A stretch of 64,000 nt of DNA, from positions 43,672 through 107,671 of IMG/VR virus record IMGVR_UViG_3300027747_002579, one strand, 5' to 3'. Positions 11,101 through 20,448 of the stretch are shown in pieces. The position numbers and the translations under genes are program-made. Position 1 is the first letter of the stretch. Every line of letters starts with the position of its first letter. A model generated the notes under the pieces. That model saw only the letters and a program-made list of their open reading frames with translations, was not told the origin of the DNA and did not search any database. Source of the stretch: a virus.

Positions 11101-13602
11101 TTAATTTCTAAACATTCTCCTGAGTTCTATAGTGTTATAGATGAATTGGCTGCAAAAGGAGGAGATAGAGAAAAACTATTAAATAACATAGACATAGATG
11201 TATATAGAAAGAAAGCTAAAGAGATTATTGACAAACAGGTGAAAAAAATAATGGAAGAGCGTTGGAGCTATGACGATGCTAAAGACAGTAAAGAAAAACA
11301 AAAAAGAGTGGAGGCTGTAGAAAAACTTTATGATATAGACAATCCAAATTTCTATGGATGGAACAATTGGATAGTTAAAGGTTCTCCAGCAAATAAATGG
11401 ATAACAAAAGAATATTTAGAAATACAAGCTGATGAAGATTTAAAAGCGTTGTATGAATTTATTATAAAAATAAACAATAAAGCAAAAGATGCTGGATACA
11501 TAAATACAGCAGCCACTTCATTTCTACCATTTATAAGAAAGGGAATGGCTGAAGCTCTTGCTTGGGATAGTCCTTTATCAGCTATACAAAAATGGAACGA
11601 TTCTCTTACGTTAAGACCAGGAGACGTAGGGTATGGAGAATACGATGAGTTTTCAGGAAAGTTAGAGAATTCAATTCCTAAATATTACACATATGATTTT
11701 ACAAGAAATGACGAAGGCGTGAATAACTTTTCTGAAGTGAGTGAAGATATTTTTAAAAATATGATAGTGTATCTTCAGCAAGTGAATAAGTATAAACATC
11801 TATCAGAAGTAGAAGAACAGTTACGACTTGTACGAGAAATAGAAGAATTTAAAGGACACATTCAAACTGATAGGTTTGGGAACGTAGTGATAGAAAACGG
11901 TAAGCCTAAAGTGATAGATGTTGAGAATTCAGAAAATACAAAACTTTATGAAAACTTTCTTAAAGTTTTATTGTATGAACAAAAATATCCACTATCTGAT
12001 TCAGATATTCCATTAAACGTTGGTAAAGTGTTGAATGGTGTTAAAGATGCAATAAATTCTCTTGTAGGAAAAGAAGTGTTTAAGAAAGATGAAAACCCAA
12101 AAGCTACATCATTGATGAAAGTGATGGAAGCTGCAAATAGAGGATTTCAAGTAAAAACTTTAGCTTTAGAAATTGTTCCTGGGGCAAGTAACTTTTTTGG
12201 AGGTGTTGTACAAATTCTCACACAATCAGGAGCCTATTTTAATAAAAATGAACTTAGAAAGAATTTAGGAAAATCATTAAAACAGAAGTTTGAAAGCGAA
12301 GCAGATAAAGAAATGTTTGTTCAATTAATCAACACGTTCATGCCTTTGAAAGATAGTCCTATTTATGAGATGTATAAAAAAGCAGGAATGAGTAGTCTTA
12401 CAAGAGACAATCTTGGAGACAAGTTAATGATCACTATGAGATTTCCTGAGCAAGTGTTAGAAGAAAGTGTATTTCTATCTTTATTAGACAATGCAATGGT
12501 AGAGAATGGAGAAATTGTAAACATACAAGATTATGTAAAAGCTAAATATCCAAATAGATCAAATTCTTCTACAGAATGGAAAGCTGCAAATGAAGCTATT
12601 AAGAAAGAAGTGGAACTATTAAAAGAAACAAGGTCTATAACAGCAACAAAAAAACTTGTAAATGGTAAATTAGAAATACCAGGACTTGATTTAACCAATC
12701 TATTAGAAATACAAAGACTTACAACATTAACTAAACGCACTGTATCAAATGCTTTAGGAGGAGTTTCTGGAGAAAATGTTAATTTGGCAGGAATGAATTT
12801 GTGGACAAGTAGCATGATGTTATTTCATAATTGGATTCCTAAATTAACAGATACACGGTTTTCTGAATTTAAAAGAGTGAGTGATGATTTTAATGTAAGA
12901 ATAAATGACGATGGTGTTTCTGAAGGAGATAGATATGATGTAGGAAGAATTAGACTTCTTCTCACTGTATTAGGAACTTCTATTAGAGATAGGTCTGCAA
13001 ATGTAAGTAACATTATTGCAATGAATGACAAAGGAGTAGAAACAATAAATGAACTATTTGAAAAATATAGAAAAGAATATGAGGATAGAACAGGACAAGT
13101 GTTGAATATGACAAAAGATGATTTTGTAGATTTAGTGAGAAAAAATCTAAGAAATCAGTTAAAAGAATTATTAACACTAGCTATTCTATTAGGAATTATG
13201 TTCTCTTTTGGATTTATTGCTCCAGACGATGATGATGATAAAGCTTCTAAAAATGCATTCAGACTTGCACAAAAAGTTATTAATAAATTTACAGATGAGT
13301 TGAGTTTCTTCTATAACCCAATGAATTATGAAAAATTATTCAGCGGGTCAATGTTTCCTGCATTAGGGTTGATTTCAGACTTTGAAAGATTTATAACAAA
13401 CTTCATAATGGAAATTACAGGAATTGATGTATCTCATCTAGACAGTTCTTCAGAGAAGGTGAGAAAGAAAGCACAACCAATCAAATATCTTATGAAAATG
13501 TTTCCTGTATCAAAAGCTGCATTTACATGGCTTTCTGTATTAAATTCTGATTTTGCTGAAGAGTTTGATGTTACAATACAGAAAGAAAACACAATTAGAT
13601 AG
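8182..13602 (+). CDS. Large polyvalent virion cargo protein: ART-like cassette, degenerate zincin, PD-(D/E)XK nuclease-like domain, C-terminal TM segment
   Basis: YH...GIYFT...YG...LNIKNP (ART-PolyVal-like); EEMVH; AGTIDFL...ILDWK...QL..Y nuclease motif; hydrophobic LLTLAILLGIMFSFGFI; directly follows the vRNAP gene. Confidence 0.7.
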   Translation: MACINPNTPEFKAALERNGGNPLLAEMELSEKEIKPGVEELFNSSPELANIGTQEQYSQYLDSIFPDSKVKEVLYHMTSYDGKKGIEQKGRFLKPGEKGYQKRDYATTGGIYFTDNNSYDEDTEMYGSPVTGAYGSAYVSAILNIKNPLIDLTKSFGDISKTELKDNDGFVGTNESKEIGVLEPEQIHILGNKQDIEGFKEFVNKKETAPLLQLEEGPKSSKASTQTLNKIKELAKKIGVSIQSLSEYAKNNPDVKTSSINGLADLVKSIVAIADGKEDVALTEEMVHIATAMIEQTNPTLITEAISKIDRFKIYKKTLDAYKDNKHYQLPNGKPDIRKIKKEAVDKLIVEVIINKSEGSTEFPELMQEENVSFVRKLWNRIIDKIFSKVKGSNINIFEQIGETVLEGNIEGLAKDKGLTGIYLQTVSDKQKAVQERLLIDQDRITKVVETASVDPMFLDSEDASNFYNMKNTSGVDERVVKRVTDRVKAWYKKKFGTKVFSEAEKKYNNMLRDYGVKGHNDLEEIHSRFFHKDGTQKTTASPRPSKFNVESEDIYLKLEEYYIDLIKLLKKQNNGVVPLVFSEVKVYDPKEKEAGTIDFLAIDSNGKGHILDWKFMNIKGDDVAWYKNGAFDIQLGRYKQMLRDVYGIKEFGMIRAIPISMEFTLSNPRDVKSDLKLKGIGIGSADSRKIEDIKLMPISEKTESTGYSKLDKLISNMNALMSSYSKKEVTSEDDKQFKIETLEILRKAIKVAQATNNLVPIIDVIEKIRIEGEKLLNDYNSKYKNLSPTDTSVSRSEINDFSERMRLFYNASNIFTETGRQLSQLIYEEGMLEKAVSPEEKKNATERKQLADTLKKQSQDIANMRDDIRDESIVFADKQIGIRNLITGLPSAEAVLKGLGAFFRGASDLPNAAIRVLVKLTSSAKEIAAKESFDEVEELMKIRKKIVDRGGDVRSFVKKIYRKNEKNEVVNKLISKHSPEFYSVIDELAAKGGDREKLLNNIDIDVYRKKAKEIIDKQVKKIMEERWSYDDAKDSKEKQKRVEAVEKLYDIDNPNFYGWNNWIVKGSPANKWITKEYLEIQADEDLKALYEFIIKINNKAKDAGYINTAATSFLPFIRKGMAEALAWDSPLSAIQKWNDSLTLRPGDVGYGEYDEFSGKLENSIPKYYTYDFTRNDEGVNNFSEVSEDIFKNMIVYLQQVNKYKHLSEVEEQLRLVREIEEFKGHIQTDRFGNVVIENGKPKVIDVENSENTKLYENFLKVLLYEQKYPLSDSDIPLNVGKVLNGVKDAINSLVGKEVFKKDENPKATSLMKVMEAANRGFQVKTLALEIVPGASNFFGGVVQILTQSGAYFNKNELRKNLGKSLKQKFESEADKEMFVQLINTFMPLKDSPIYEMYKKAGMSSLTRDNLGDKLMITMRFPEQVLEESVFLSLLDNAMVENGEIVNIQDYVKAKYPNRSNSSTEWKAANEAIKKEVELLKETRSITATKKLVNGKLEIPGLDLTNLLEIQRLTTLTKRTVSNALGGVSGENVNLAGMNLWTSSMMLFHNWIPKLTDTRFSEFKRVSDDFNVRINDDGVSEGDRYDVGRIRLLLTVLGTSIRDRSANVSNIIAMNDKGVETINELFEKYRKEYEDRTGQVLNMTKDDFVDLVRKNLRNQLKELLTLAILLGIMFSFGFIAPDDDDDKASKNAFRLAQKVINKFTDELSFFYNPMNYEKLFSGSMFPALGLISDFERFITNFIMEITGIDVSHLDSSSEKVRKKAQPIKYLMKMFPVSKAAFTWLSVLNSDFAEEFDVTIQKENTIR

Positions 13603-13634
13603 CCATATTATCTTGTATAGATTTTAGACAGACA

Positions 13635-13663
13635 TTGTAATTCTCTATAAATAACTATTTTTG
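13635..13663 (+). promoter_or_regulatory. Bacteroidota-type promoter (TTG-N18-TATTTTTG)
   Basis: TAnnTTTG at 13656-13663 with TTG at 13635-13637, just upstream of ORF 13671. Confidence 0.6.
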
Positions 13664-13670
13664 TATTCTT

Positions 13671-14432
13671 ATGAACATTAATTGTGGTAATATTGGTTGT
13701 CCAGATATAATAGATTCTTCTTGTGTATTTTATACAGGACAGAATTTATTATACATAGGTGTTAACACTAATGATACAATACAAACTTCTCTCCAGAAGA
13801 TAGATGCAAAAATACAATCTGTATTAGCAAACAGCACATTACAAGGTTCAGGAACAGCGAATAGAATAGCTAAATGGGCAGCTTCCACCAACCTGACAAA
13901 TTCTAACATAACAGATGATGGCACCACTGTAACAATCACTAGTGCAGCTACAATTAGTGGAGTTTCTATTTTAAATAACATTCTCACTATTAATAAAGTG
14001 CTCCCTAGTGGTTCTACAATATTTAAAATAAATAGTGGAGCTTCTTTTTTAGGAAGTCAATTTGAATTTCAAAACTTTCTAGATGCAGGATTATTAAAAA
14101 TAGGATATTTTGGCAATGCTGGTAATAGAATAGAAATAGATGGAGGATCAAATAACACTGCTCCCACTATAAAATTCTATGAGAAAATTGGTTCTTCAGC
14201 TCCTACATTAAATACTTGGATTAATTCTAATACACTTGGTGGATTTACATATTTCAATGCAGGAAATTTTCTGATTGGTAAAACAACAAATGGAAATTAT
14301 AAATTTGATTTGAACGGAAACATACGGGTGAGTGGAATTGTAGAATATGCATCAAACGCAGCAGCTTTATCAGCAGGACTATTAGCTGGAGCTTTCTATA
14401 GAACAGGAGAATTTTTAAAAGTGGTTTATTAA
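13671..14432 (+). CDS. Tail/virion fibre-associated protein
   Basis: Gly/Ser/Thr/Asn-rich; GSGTxNxIxKW repeat shared with the next ORF; Cys-rich N-terminus. Confidence 0.6.
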   Translation: MNINCGNIGCPDIIDSSCVFYTGQNLLYIGVNTNDTIQTSLQKIDAKIQSVLANSTLQGSGTANRIAKWAASTNLTNSNITDDGTTVTITSAATISGVSILNNILTINKVLPSGSTIFKINSGASFLGSQFEFQNFLDAGLLKIGYFGNAGNRIEIDGGSNNTAPTIKFYEKIGSSAPTLNTWINSNTLGGFTYFNAGNFLIGKTTNGNYKFDLNGNIRVSGIVEYASNAAALSAGLLAGAFYRTGEFLKVVY

Positions 14433-14444
14433 AAACAAAACAAA

Positions 14445-15839
14445 ATGCCAAAACAAATAGGATGGAGCAATGAGAGTAATCTCCTCTATCAAATCTCTCA
14501 ACAAATAACAAGGCTAATAAATGTAACAGGTACAAATGGTGGAGGGTCTATTACAGGATCTGGTACAACAAATTACATTCCTAAGTGGACATCTTCTTCA
14601 TCATTGAACAATAGTGTTATTTATCAATCCTCTACAGGTAATATAGGAATAGGCACTACAACACCTTCTCAAAAATTAGATGTTAATGGTAATGTTACAG
14701 CTACATATGTTATTGCAGTTAATGAATTTTATGGCAGCAGTATTAGAGTGAATGGGTTTTATGCAAACACAATAGCTTATATGCCATTTTACTCAAACAT
14801 ATCTCCTTATGGAGAAATAATGAGGGTAAATAATAATGGTTCATTATGGATTAACAGGACAACAGATGATGGATCTGGAGCTAAGTTGCAAGTGAATGGT
14901 AATATAAGTACGCCTAATAATATTTCTTCATTTTTAAATGCAACAACTTTTACATTAAGTAATACTTACATGGGATATGCTGGTGGTAATATACAATTTG
15001 CCAAAAGCGATTATGGAACAAGAACGATGACCATTTTTGATTCAACAGGCAATGTTTTAATTGGAAGTGGAACATCAGAAATAAACACAGGATATAAGTT
15101 ACAAGTTGATGGTGGTTTTATAAGTAGATTAGGAGGACCAAGCTTTGCCGTTTTAAATTATATTGGTTCAGCAACTTTATATGGTGGTTATGGTGATTTT
15201 ATAACAAATACTGATAATTATTTTGTAAGAGCAGACGGTTTAAATGTAGTTCATAAAATACCTTCTACTAATGGATTTATGCTATTCAACACTTCAACTG
15301 GAACTGCTATGAAATTGTTAGATAGTGGTACTTTTTTAATCAACAGAACAACAGATGATGGAACAGGTTCAACATTACAAGTGAATGGTGGAATTTCTCA
15401 AGCTGGAGCAAATAATTATAATTATTTTGCATCAAAAGTGTTGATAGGTACAACTACTCCAAGTGCTGGATTAATGACTGTTGCAGGCGATATATACCCT
15501 AGTGCAAACAATACGTATGAATTAGGTAAAACTAATAATTTGTGGTTAGCAATAAATACATCAAATTATGTTAATTATGGTTCTACGAATTCGAATTATT
15601 TTGCATCTGAAGGACATAAATTTAATGTTGATTTTGTTTCACCAGTATTAACAATTACAAGTAATAAAAATGTATTAATAGGTACAACAGCAAATAACGG
15701 TCGAAAATTAGTAGTAGCTGGACAACAAGAATGGATAACGACAGTTGGTACTGGTGTACATACAACAAGCGGAAATCACCTTCCTATTTGGGTAAATGGT
15801 GTTCAATATTGGTTAGCATTATTAAATCCTGTAGTATAA
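14445..15839 (+). CDS. Tail fibre / receptor-binding protein
   Basis: GNIGIGTTTPSQKLDVNG-type repeats; INRTTDDG..LQVNG duplicated internally. Confidence 0.75.
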   Translation: MPKQIGWSNESNLLYQISQQITRLINVTGTNGGGSITGSGTTNYIPKWTSSSSLNNSVIYQSSTGNIGIGTTTPSQKLDVNGNVTATYVIAVNEFYGSSIRVNGFYANTIAYMPFYSNISPYGEIMRVNNNGSLWINRTTDDGSGAKLQVNGNISTPNNISSFLNATTFTLSNTYMGYAGGNIQFAKSDYGTRTMTIFDSTGNVLIGSGTSEINTGYKLQVDGGFISRLGGPSFAVLNYIGSATLYGGYGDFITNTDNYFVRADGLNVVHKIPSTNGFMLFNTSTGTAMKLLDSGTFLINRTTDDGTGSTLQVNGGISQAGANNYNYFASKVLIGTTTPSAGLMTVAGDIYPSANNTYELGKTNNLWLAINTSNYVNYGSTNSNYFASEGHKFNVDFVSPVLTITSNKNVLIGTTANNGRKLVVAGQQEWITTVGTGVHTTSGNHLPIWVNGVQYWLALLNPVV

Positions 15840-15858
15840 ATTTAAATATTAAAATAAA

Positions 15859-16185
15859 ATGGTAAACATTCAACCCGTAGTTTTTCCAATTGTTGGCACG
15901 GCAACAAAACTTTCAGTGACAGTTTTAGGATTTGCAACTAATGCAAAAACATGTGGCACTTATTATGCTTTATTGACAGACGATAATGTAAAAGTAATTG
16001 AAGGCAATTATTATCTCACTGAGGCAGAATTTACAGCGTGGGGAGTAGATAATTCATATATCGATGACATTGTAGCATCACATTTAAATGTGGTGATTGT
16101 TCCAGAATCTATGGATGATGACGTAGTGGATAATGGTGGAGGCGGTGTTCAATCTGCTACATTAGGTGCTCCAAACTTAAATTAA
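15859..16185 (+). CDS. Putative tail fibre assembly/chaperone protein
   Basis: Small ORF directly after the fibre gene. Confidence 0.45.
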   Translation: MVNIQPVVFPIVGTATKLSVTVLGFATNAKTCGTYYALLTDDNVKVIEGNYYLTEAEFTAWGVDNSYIDDIVASHLNVVIVPESMDDDVVDNGGGGVQSATLGAPNLN

Positions 16186-16191
16186 ATTCTT

Positions 16192-16199
16192 TATATTTG
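16192..16199 (+). promoter_or_regulatory. TATATTTG -7 promoter element
   Basis: TAnnTTTG match 15 nt upstream of ORF 16215. Confidence 0.5.
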
Positions 16200-16214
16200 T
16201 AAAAAATAAAACCA

Positions 16215-16628
16215 ATGAAAAAAAGTACATTAACTATTTCAGATTTCTTAGCTCTTGAAGAAGAATTAACAAATGGAGAGCATTGTCTCCTTGCTCAAAA
16301 ATTAGCAATGACCACTAAGTATTATTTAAATTCTCTGTTAAATAATGTAAAAACAGAAACCACTCCTTGTAACGATATTAAAAATGAGTTGGTAAAGAAA
16401 TACGGAGAAGAAAAAGATGGAAACTTTAGCATTAATGTTAAAATCAAGAATGAACAAGGGGAAGAAATTCTCAATCCAAACATGTTAAAGTTTCAAGAAG
16501 AGTTTCTTCCTGTTCTAAATATTGAAAAAGAACTAGAACACAAAGAATTTAAGATTGAAGAATTCAAAGATGTTTCTTCAGAAGGATTCTACCCAGTATT
16601 TTATAAACTATTATCTATAGAAGCATAA
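16215..16628 (+). CDS. Hypothetical phage protein (helical, tail-module associated)
   Basis: 137-aa ORF with A-rich leader. Confidence 0.6.
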   Translation: MKKSTLTISDFLALEEELTNGEHCLLAQKLAMTTKYYLNSLLNNVKTETTPCNDIKNELVKKYGEEKDGNFSINVKIKNEQGEEILNPNMLKFQEEFLPVLNIEKELEHKEFKIEEFKDVSSEGFYPVFYKLLSIEA

Positions 16629-16936
16629 TGGAAAACAATTTTAACACAGAACTATCAAAAATGGATCTACGTCTAAAAGAGATGGAAGAAAAGATTGATA
16701 ATATAACTAAGAAACTTACGCAAGTGGTAGATGCTATATTAGGCAATTCTCTCACCAAAACAGGTGGATTCATTAATGATATTGAATTGTTAAAACAGAA
16801 AATAGAAATTCTAGAGAAGAAAGAATTGAACCATGCTGAATTTAAGAAACAAGTGAATTGGACAATAGGCATCCTTGTTGCGTTAAGTTTAGTGGCTCAA
16901 TATTTAATAACACTCTATTTAAATTTAAAAAAATGA
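16628..16936 (+). CDS. Coiled-coil membrane protein, holin/antiholin candidate
   Basis: Coiled coil plus C-terminal TM segment; upstream of the amidase. Confidence 0.5.
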   Translation: MENNFNTELSKMDLRLKEMEEKIDNITKKLTQVVDAILGNSLTKTGGFINDIELLKQKIEILEKKELNHAEFKKQVNWTIGILVALSLVAQYLITLYLNLKK

Positions 16937-17136
16937 AATTTGGTTGGGAAGAATATTGGAAACCCACTCCTAAGAACATAAGAAAATTTGCAGATTCTGT
17001 AATTGTAGCTTGTGTCTTCTCTGGAGGATATGCTAGTATGAATAACAATCCTATATTAAGTACAACAATATTTATATTAGGATTTGTTTTCAAAATTATC
17101 TCTAACTTCTTTTCAGAAACTCCTACAAATGAATAA
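16933..17136 (+). CDS. Putative holin (2 TM)
   Basis: ATG at 16933 overlaps the previous stop; MKFGWEEYWKPTPK followed by two hydrophobic segments. Confidence 0.55.
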   Translation: MKFGWEEYWKPTPKNIRKFADSVIVACVFSGGYASMNNNPILSTTIFILGFVFKIISNFFSETPTNE

Positions 17137-17704
17137 GATATTATATCTAATAATTGCGTTCTTATTGATGATTGTTTTCTTGCAAAAATGTGCAAGTGAT
17201 AGAAAGACTATCACCCCACCTTCTGTAGATACAATTATTGTATACAATACAATTAAAGACACAATTGTAGTTACACCTATTCTTCAACATTCCAGAATAG
17301 ATACATTCTGGCAGAAAGAACATCCTGCTGATACAAATTGTACCAAGCTATTAGAACAATACATTGCTTTAGGAAACGAGCACTATGATACAAACATTTA
17401 TGTAACACCATTTCCTATAAAATATGGAAGTGTAACAGTGACAGACACTGTTTATGCTAACAAAATATTACATACAAGTGTTTCTTATGATTTAAATATT
17501 CCTGAAACAACTATTACAAAAACCATTTTTCCTGAGAAGAAGAATGAATATTTCATCACTTCTAGCGTTGAGACATTTCCTTCTGCTTCTATAGGACTAA
17601 TGATGAAGAATAAGAAAGACAACATGTATGGACTAAAAATAGGAACTGACTTCAAAGGACATACGTTCTATGGAATAAACACAATGTGGAAAATAAAATT
17701 ATAA
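17129..17704 (+). CDS. Putative spanin-like membrane/lipoprotein
   Basis: N-terminal hydrophobic segment ending in LQKC; beta-rich C-terminus; between holin and endolysin. Confidence 0.5.
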   Translation: MNKILYLIIAFLLMIVFLQKCASDRKTITPPSVDTIIVYNTIKDTIVVTPILQHSRIDTFWQKEHPADTNCTKLLEQYIALGNEHYDTNIYVTPFPIKYGSVTVTDTVYANKILHTSVSYDLNIPETTITKTIFPEKKNEYFITSSVETFPSASIGLMMKNKKDNMYGLKIGTDFKGHTFYGINTMWKIKL

Positions 17705-17708
17705 TATA

Positions 17709-18251
17709 ATGGCAAGAAAAATATTTGTATCTTCAGGACATGGCGGAATTGATAAAGGTGCTTCTTCAGGACAATTTATTGAAAGAGATCTTACAATAGA
17801 ATTTAGAAATCTATTAACATTAGAGCTTCAAAAACTAGGAGTGAAATGGTCTACAGATGCAGACACAAATGCTCTAAAAGAAACATTAGATTTCATAAAG
17901 GGGAAGTTTCTTCCTTCTGACATTCTATTAGACATTCATTTTAATGCAGGTGGTGGAGAAGGTGTAGAAGTGGTAATTCCTAACGTATCTTCTGCATTTG
18001 AACAAAGACTTGCTCAATCAATTGTTGATACAATAAGTAAATTGACAGGGTTTAAAAAGAGACAAGGAGGTGTGATTCCTGAATCTTCTACAGCACGAAA
18101 AACTCTAGGATGGATGAGACCTAATTCTGAAAACATATTAATAGAAATGTGTTTTATTGATAACAAATCAGACATGCTCACCTACCAATTAAACAAGGTT
18201 AAGATTGCTAAAGAAGTGGCAAAGGTAATTTCTGATTTTACAAAATTATAA
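17709..18251 (+). CDS. Endolysin, N-acetylmuramoyl-L-alanine amidase (Amidase_3)
   Basis: Zinc amidase motifs SSGHGGID, E, DIHFNA, ILIEMCFIDN. Confidence 0.92.
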   Translation: MARKIFVSSGHGGIDKGASSGQFIERDLTIEFRNLLTLELQKLGVKWSTDADTNALKETLDFIKGKFLPSDILLDIHFNAGGGEGVEVVIPNVSSAFEQRLAQSIVDTISKLTGFKKRQGGVIPESSTARKTLGWMRPNSENILIEMCFIDNKSDMLTYQLNKVKIAKEVAKVISDFTKL

Positions 18252-18275
18252 CTTCTCACTTTACAAAATATAAAA

Positions 18276-18410
18276 ATGATCAGTAAACAAATAGGCTGGA
18301 GTCAAGAAGCAAATCTTCTCTACGAAATTAGCAACAAGCTGGAAAGATTAATACAAGTGAGTGGAAGTCCTTCAACAACTACATCCACCACCACTACGAC
18401 AGCACCTTAA
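18276..18410 (+). CDS. 44-aa microprotein: tail-fibre-like N-terminal module plus Ser/Thr-rich tail
   Basis: Translated by hand: MISKQIGWSQEANLLYEISNKLERLIQVSGSPSTTTSTTTTTAP. The N-terminus matches ORF 14445 (KQIGWSNESNLLYQISQQITRLINVTG). Confidence 0.85.
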   Translation: MISKQIGWSQEANLLYEISNKLERLIQVSGSPSTTTSTTTTTAP

Positions 18411-18433
18411 CAAACATAAACCAACAACTACAT

Positions 18434-19024
18434 ATGAAAGAGTTAGTATTTATTTGCGAAACATGGAAGCGTTGTCCAGGGTATGAATCTTCTTATGAAG
18501 TTAGTACACTTGGGAATGTTAGAAGTATTGACAGAATATCTGGAAATAGACGTGGAGTGATTAAGAGTAAATTACTAAAATCTTATATTAATAAAAAAGG
18601 ATATTTAGAAGTAAGATTGTATAAAAATTCTAAGCACATTTTTAAAATAATACATAGATTGATTGCTAAAGCTTTTTTACCAAATGAAAACAAACCACAA
18701 GTCAATCATATAGATGGTAATAAGTTAAACAATAGAGTAGACAATCTTCAATGGGTTGATAATTCAGAAAATCAACTACATGCTTATAAATTAGGATTAC
18801 AACCTAGTAGAGCTGGTGAGAACAATGTTAAAGCAAAAATTAAAGATAAAGATGTAACTTTATTAAAAGAGTTATATAACTCTGGTAAAACTATTGCTGA
18901 AGTTTCTAATATAACAAAAATAAGTGTAAGTTCAATTAGAGCAATTATTTATGGAAATACTTGGAAATCTAATACAACAGCAATTATAAAAAGAGATGAT
19001 AGATTTAAACCAACAACAGTATGA
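18434..19024 (+). CDS. NUMOD4-HNH homing endonuclease
   Basis: WK..PGYE..YEVSTLGNVRS (NUMOD4); HRLIA...VNHIDGNKLNN...NL (HNH); C-terminal HTH-like segment. Confidence 0.92.
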   Translation: MKELVFICETWKRCPGYESSYEVSTLGNVRSIDRISGNRRGVIKSKLLKSYINKKGYLEVRLYKNSKHIFKIIHRLIAKAFLPNENKPQVNHIDGNKLNNRVDNLQWVDNSENQLHAYKLGLQPSRAGENNVKAKIKDKDVTLLKELYNSGKTIAEVSNITKISVSSIRAIIYGNTWKSNTTAIIKRDDRFKPTTV

Positions 19025-20031
19025 TTAAAGAATTAAAGTTTTTGTGCTCGCAGCCAGATGATTCGTATTATAAATGGCAAACACATCTATGGCTAGAGAG
19101 TCTTAAGAAAATAGGAAAGAGTGAACAAGCTATTGTATTAGTTTACACTCCCGCAGAAAGGCAATACAATACAGAATGGGACGAATTAAAAGAACTCTAT
19201 CCAGAAGCAACATTTGGTTTCTATAGAGATGAAGATGGTGTATCAGACTTTATTCCAATTTATATTCCAGTGTTGCGTCCTTACACATTAATGAGATGGT
19301 TCAAAGATCATCCAGAGATGAAAGACAAAGCCATTTTCTATTGTGATTGTGACATTGTGTTTACAGAGAATTTCAACATCGATGCTTACATAAATGATGA
19401 TGTGTGTTATCTGTCTGACACAAACTCTTACATAAACGCTTCATATTTTGATAGCAAGAAAAATGATGTTCTACAGGACAAACAAGAACTATACAACACA
19501 AGAGACGTATTAAACGAACTCACATCTCTTATAGGAATAAATAGACAAATAGCTGAAGCAAATAATTTACATTCAGGAGGAGCACAATATCTTCTGAAGA
19601 ACATAGATTATAAGTTTTGGCAGAAAGTGTTTAGTGATTGTATTCTTATTAGAAGATTTTTGTTAAACATTAACGGACAATTCTTTGAGAGTGAGAACAA
19701 AGGATTTCAAAGTTGGTGTGCTGACATGTGGGCTGTCTTGTGGAACCTTTGGTATAAAGGATACACAACACAAGTGGTGAAAGAAATGGACTTTGCATGG
19801 GCAACTGACCATATATCAAGAATGGATTCTATAGGACTGTTTCATAATGCAGGAATATCCAATACAGATATGGGACATTACAAAGCATTCTATAAAGGAA
19901 AATATATACATGGTGTCTCTCCATTCAGTGATTTAGATGAGGTGTATAACAACGAAGAGAGTAAGAAGTATTGTACACATTATTATGTCAGTCAGTTGGT
20001 AGAATTGAAAAACAAATACAATTTAAAATAA
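19021..20031 (+). CDS. Glycosyltransferase resembling plant HPAT/SERGT1 (GT95/GT96) protein O-glycosyltransferases
   Basis: Colinear motifs YYKWQ, YIPVLRPYTLMRWF, DCD (DxD), GGAQY, WCADMWA. Confidence 0.65.
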   Translation: MIKELKFLCSQPDDSYYKWQTHLWLESLKKIGKSEQAIVLVYTPAERQYNTEWDELKELYPEATFGFYRDEDGVSDFIPIYIPVLRPYTLMRWFKDHPEMKDKAIFYCDCDIVFTENFNIDAYINDDVCYLSDTNSYINASYFDSKKNDVLQDKQELYNTRDVLNELTSLIGINRQIAEANNLHSGGAQYLLKNIDYKFWQKVFSDCILIRRFLLNINGQFFESENKGFQSWCADMWAVLWNLWYKGYTTQVVKEMDFAWATDHISRMDSIGLFHNAGISNTDMGHYKAFYKGKYIHGVSPFSDLDEVYNNEESKKYCTHYYVSQLVELKNKYNLK

Positions 20032-20036
20032 ATAAA

Positions 20037-20438
20037 ATGCAATTAGACAACAAATTAAAAGCGTTCGTTAGATATGATGGATCAGAAAGAATCGTTCCTG
20101 GTTCTCTCATTCTTAGAAAAAACAAGCCTAAAGTGGGCAATTGGAAGCAAGTGTCTTCAAACTATTGTTGTGATGGCATAGGTATTAATTACACTCCTGG
20201 TAGCTTAACTATTGCAAATGTTGATTTGACATTAACGTGCTCTAGTGGAAAATCTATTGTTGTAAATACAAATACAGCATCCACTAACATGGTGACATTG
20301 TTAGCAGCATTAAACACTTCTGCAGGATATTTAGGTGTATTTACATCTCCTGATGGAGCAACTGTAAATTTTGTAGTGAACACATCTGTAGCAAGTACAT
20401 TGTGTTATGGAGCCACTTTATCGTTCTCTATAGCGTAA
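20037..20438 (+). CDS. Putative virion structural/decoration protein
   Basis: ATG at 20037; KAFVRYDG..RIVPGSL N-terminus, then a beta-rich Ser/Thr domain. Confidence 0.5.
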   Translation: MQLDNKLKAFVRYDGSERIVPGSLILRKNKPKVGNWKQVSSNYCCDGIGINYTPGSLTIANVDLTLTCSSGKSIVVNTNTASTNMVTLLAALNTSAGYLGVFTSPDGATVNFVVNTSVASTLCYGATLSFSIA

Positions 20439-20448
20439 AAAATAAAAA

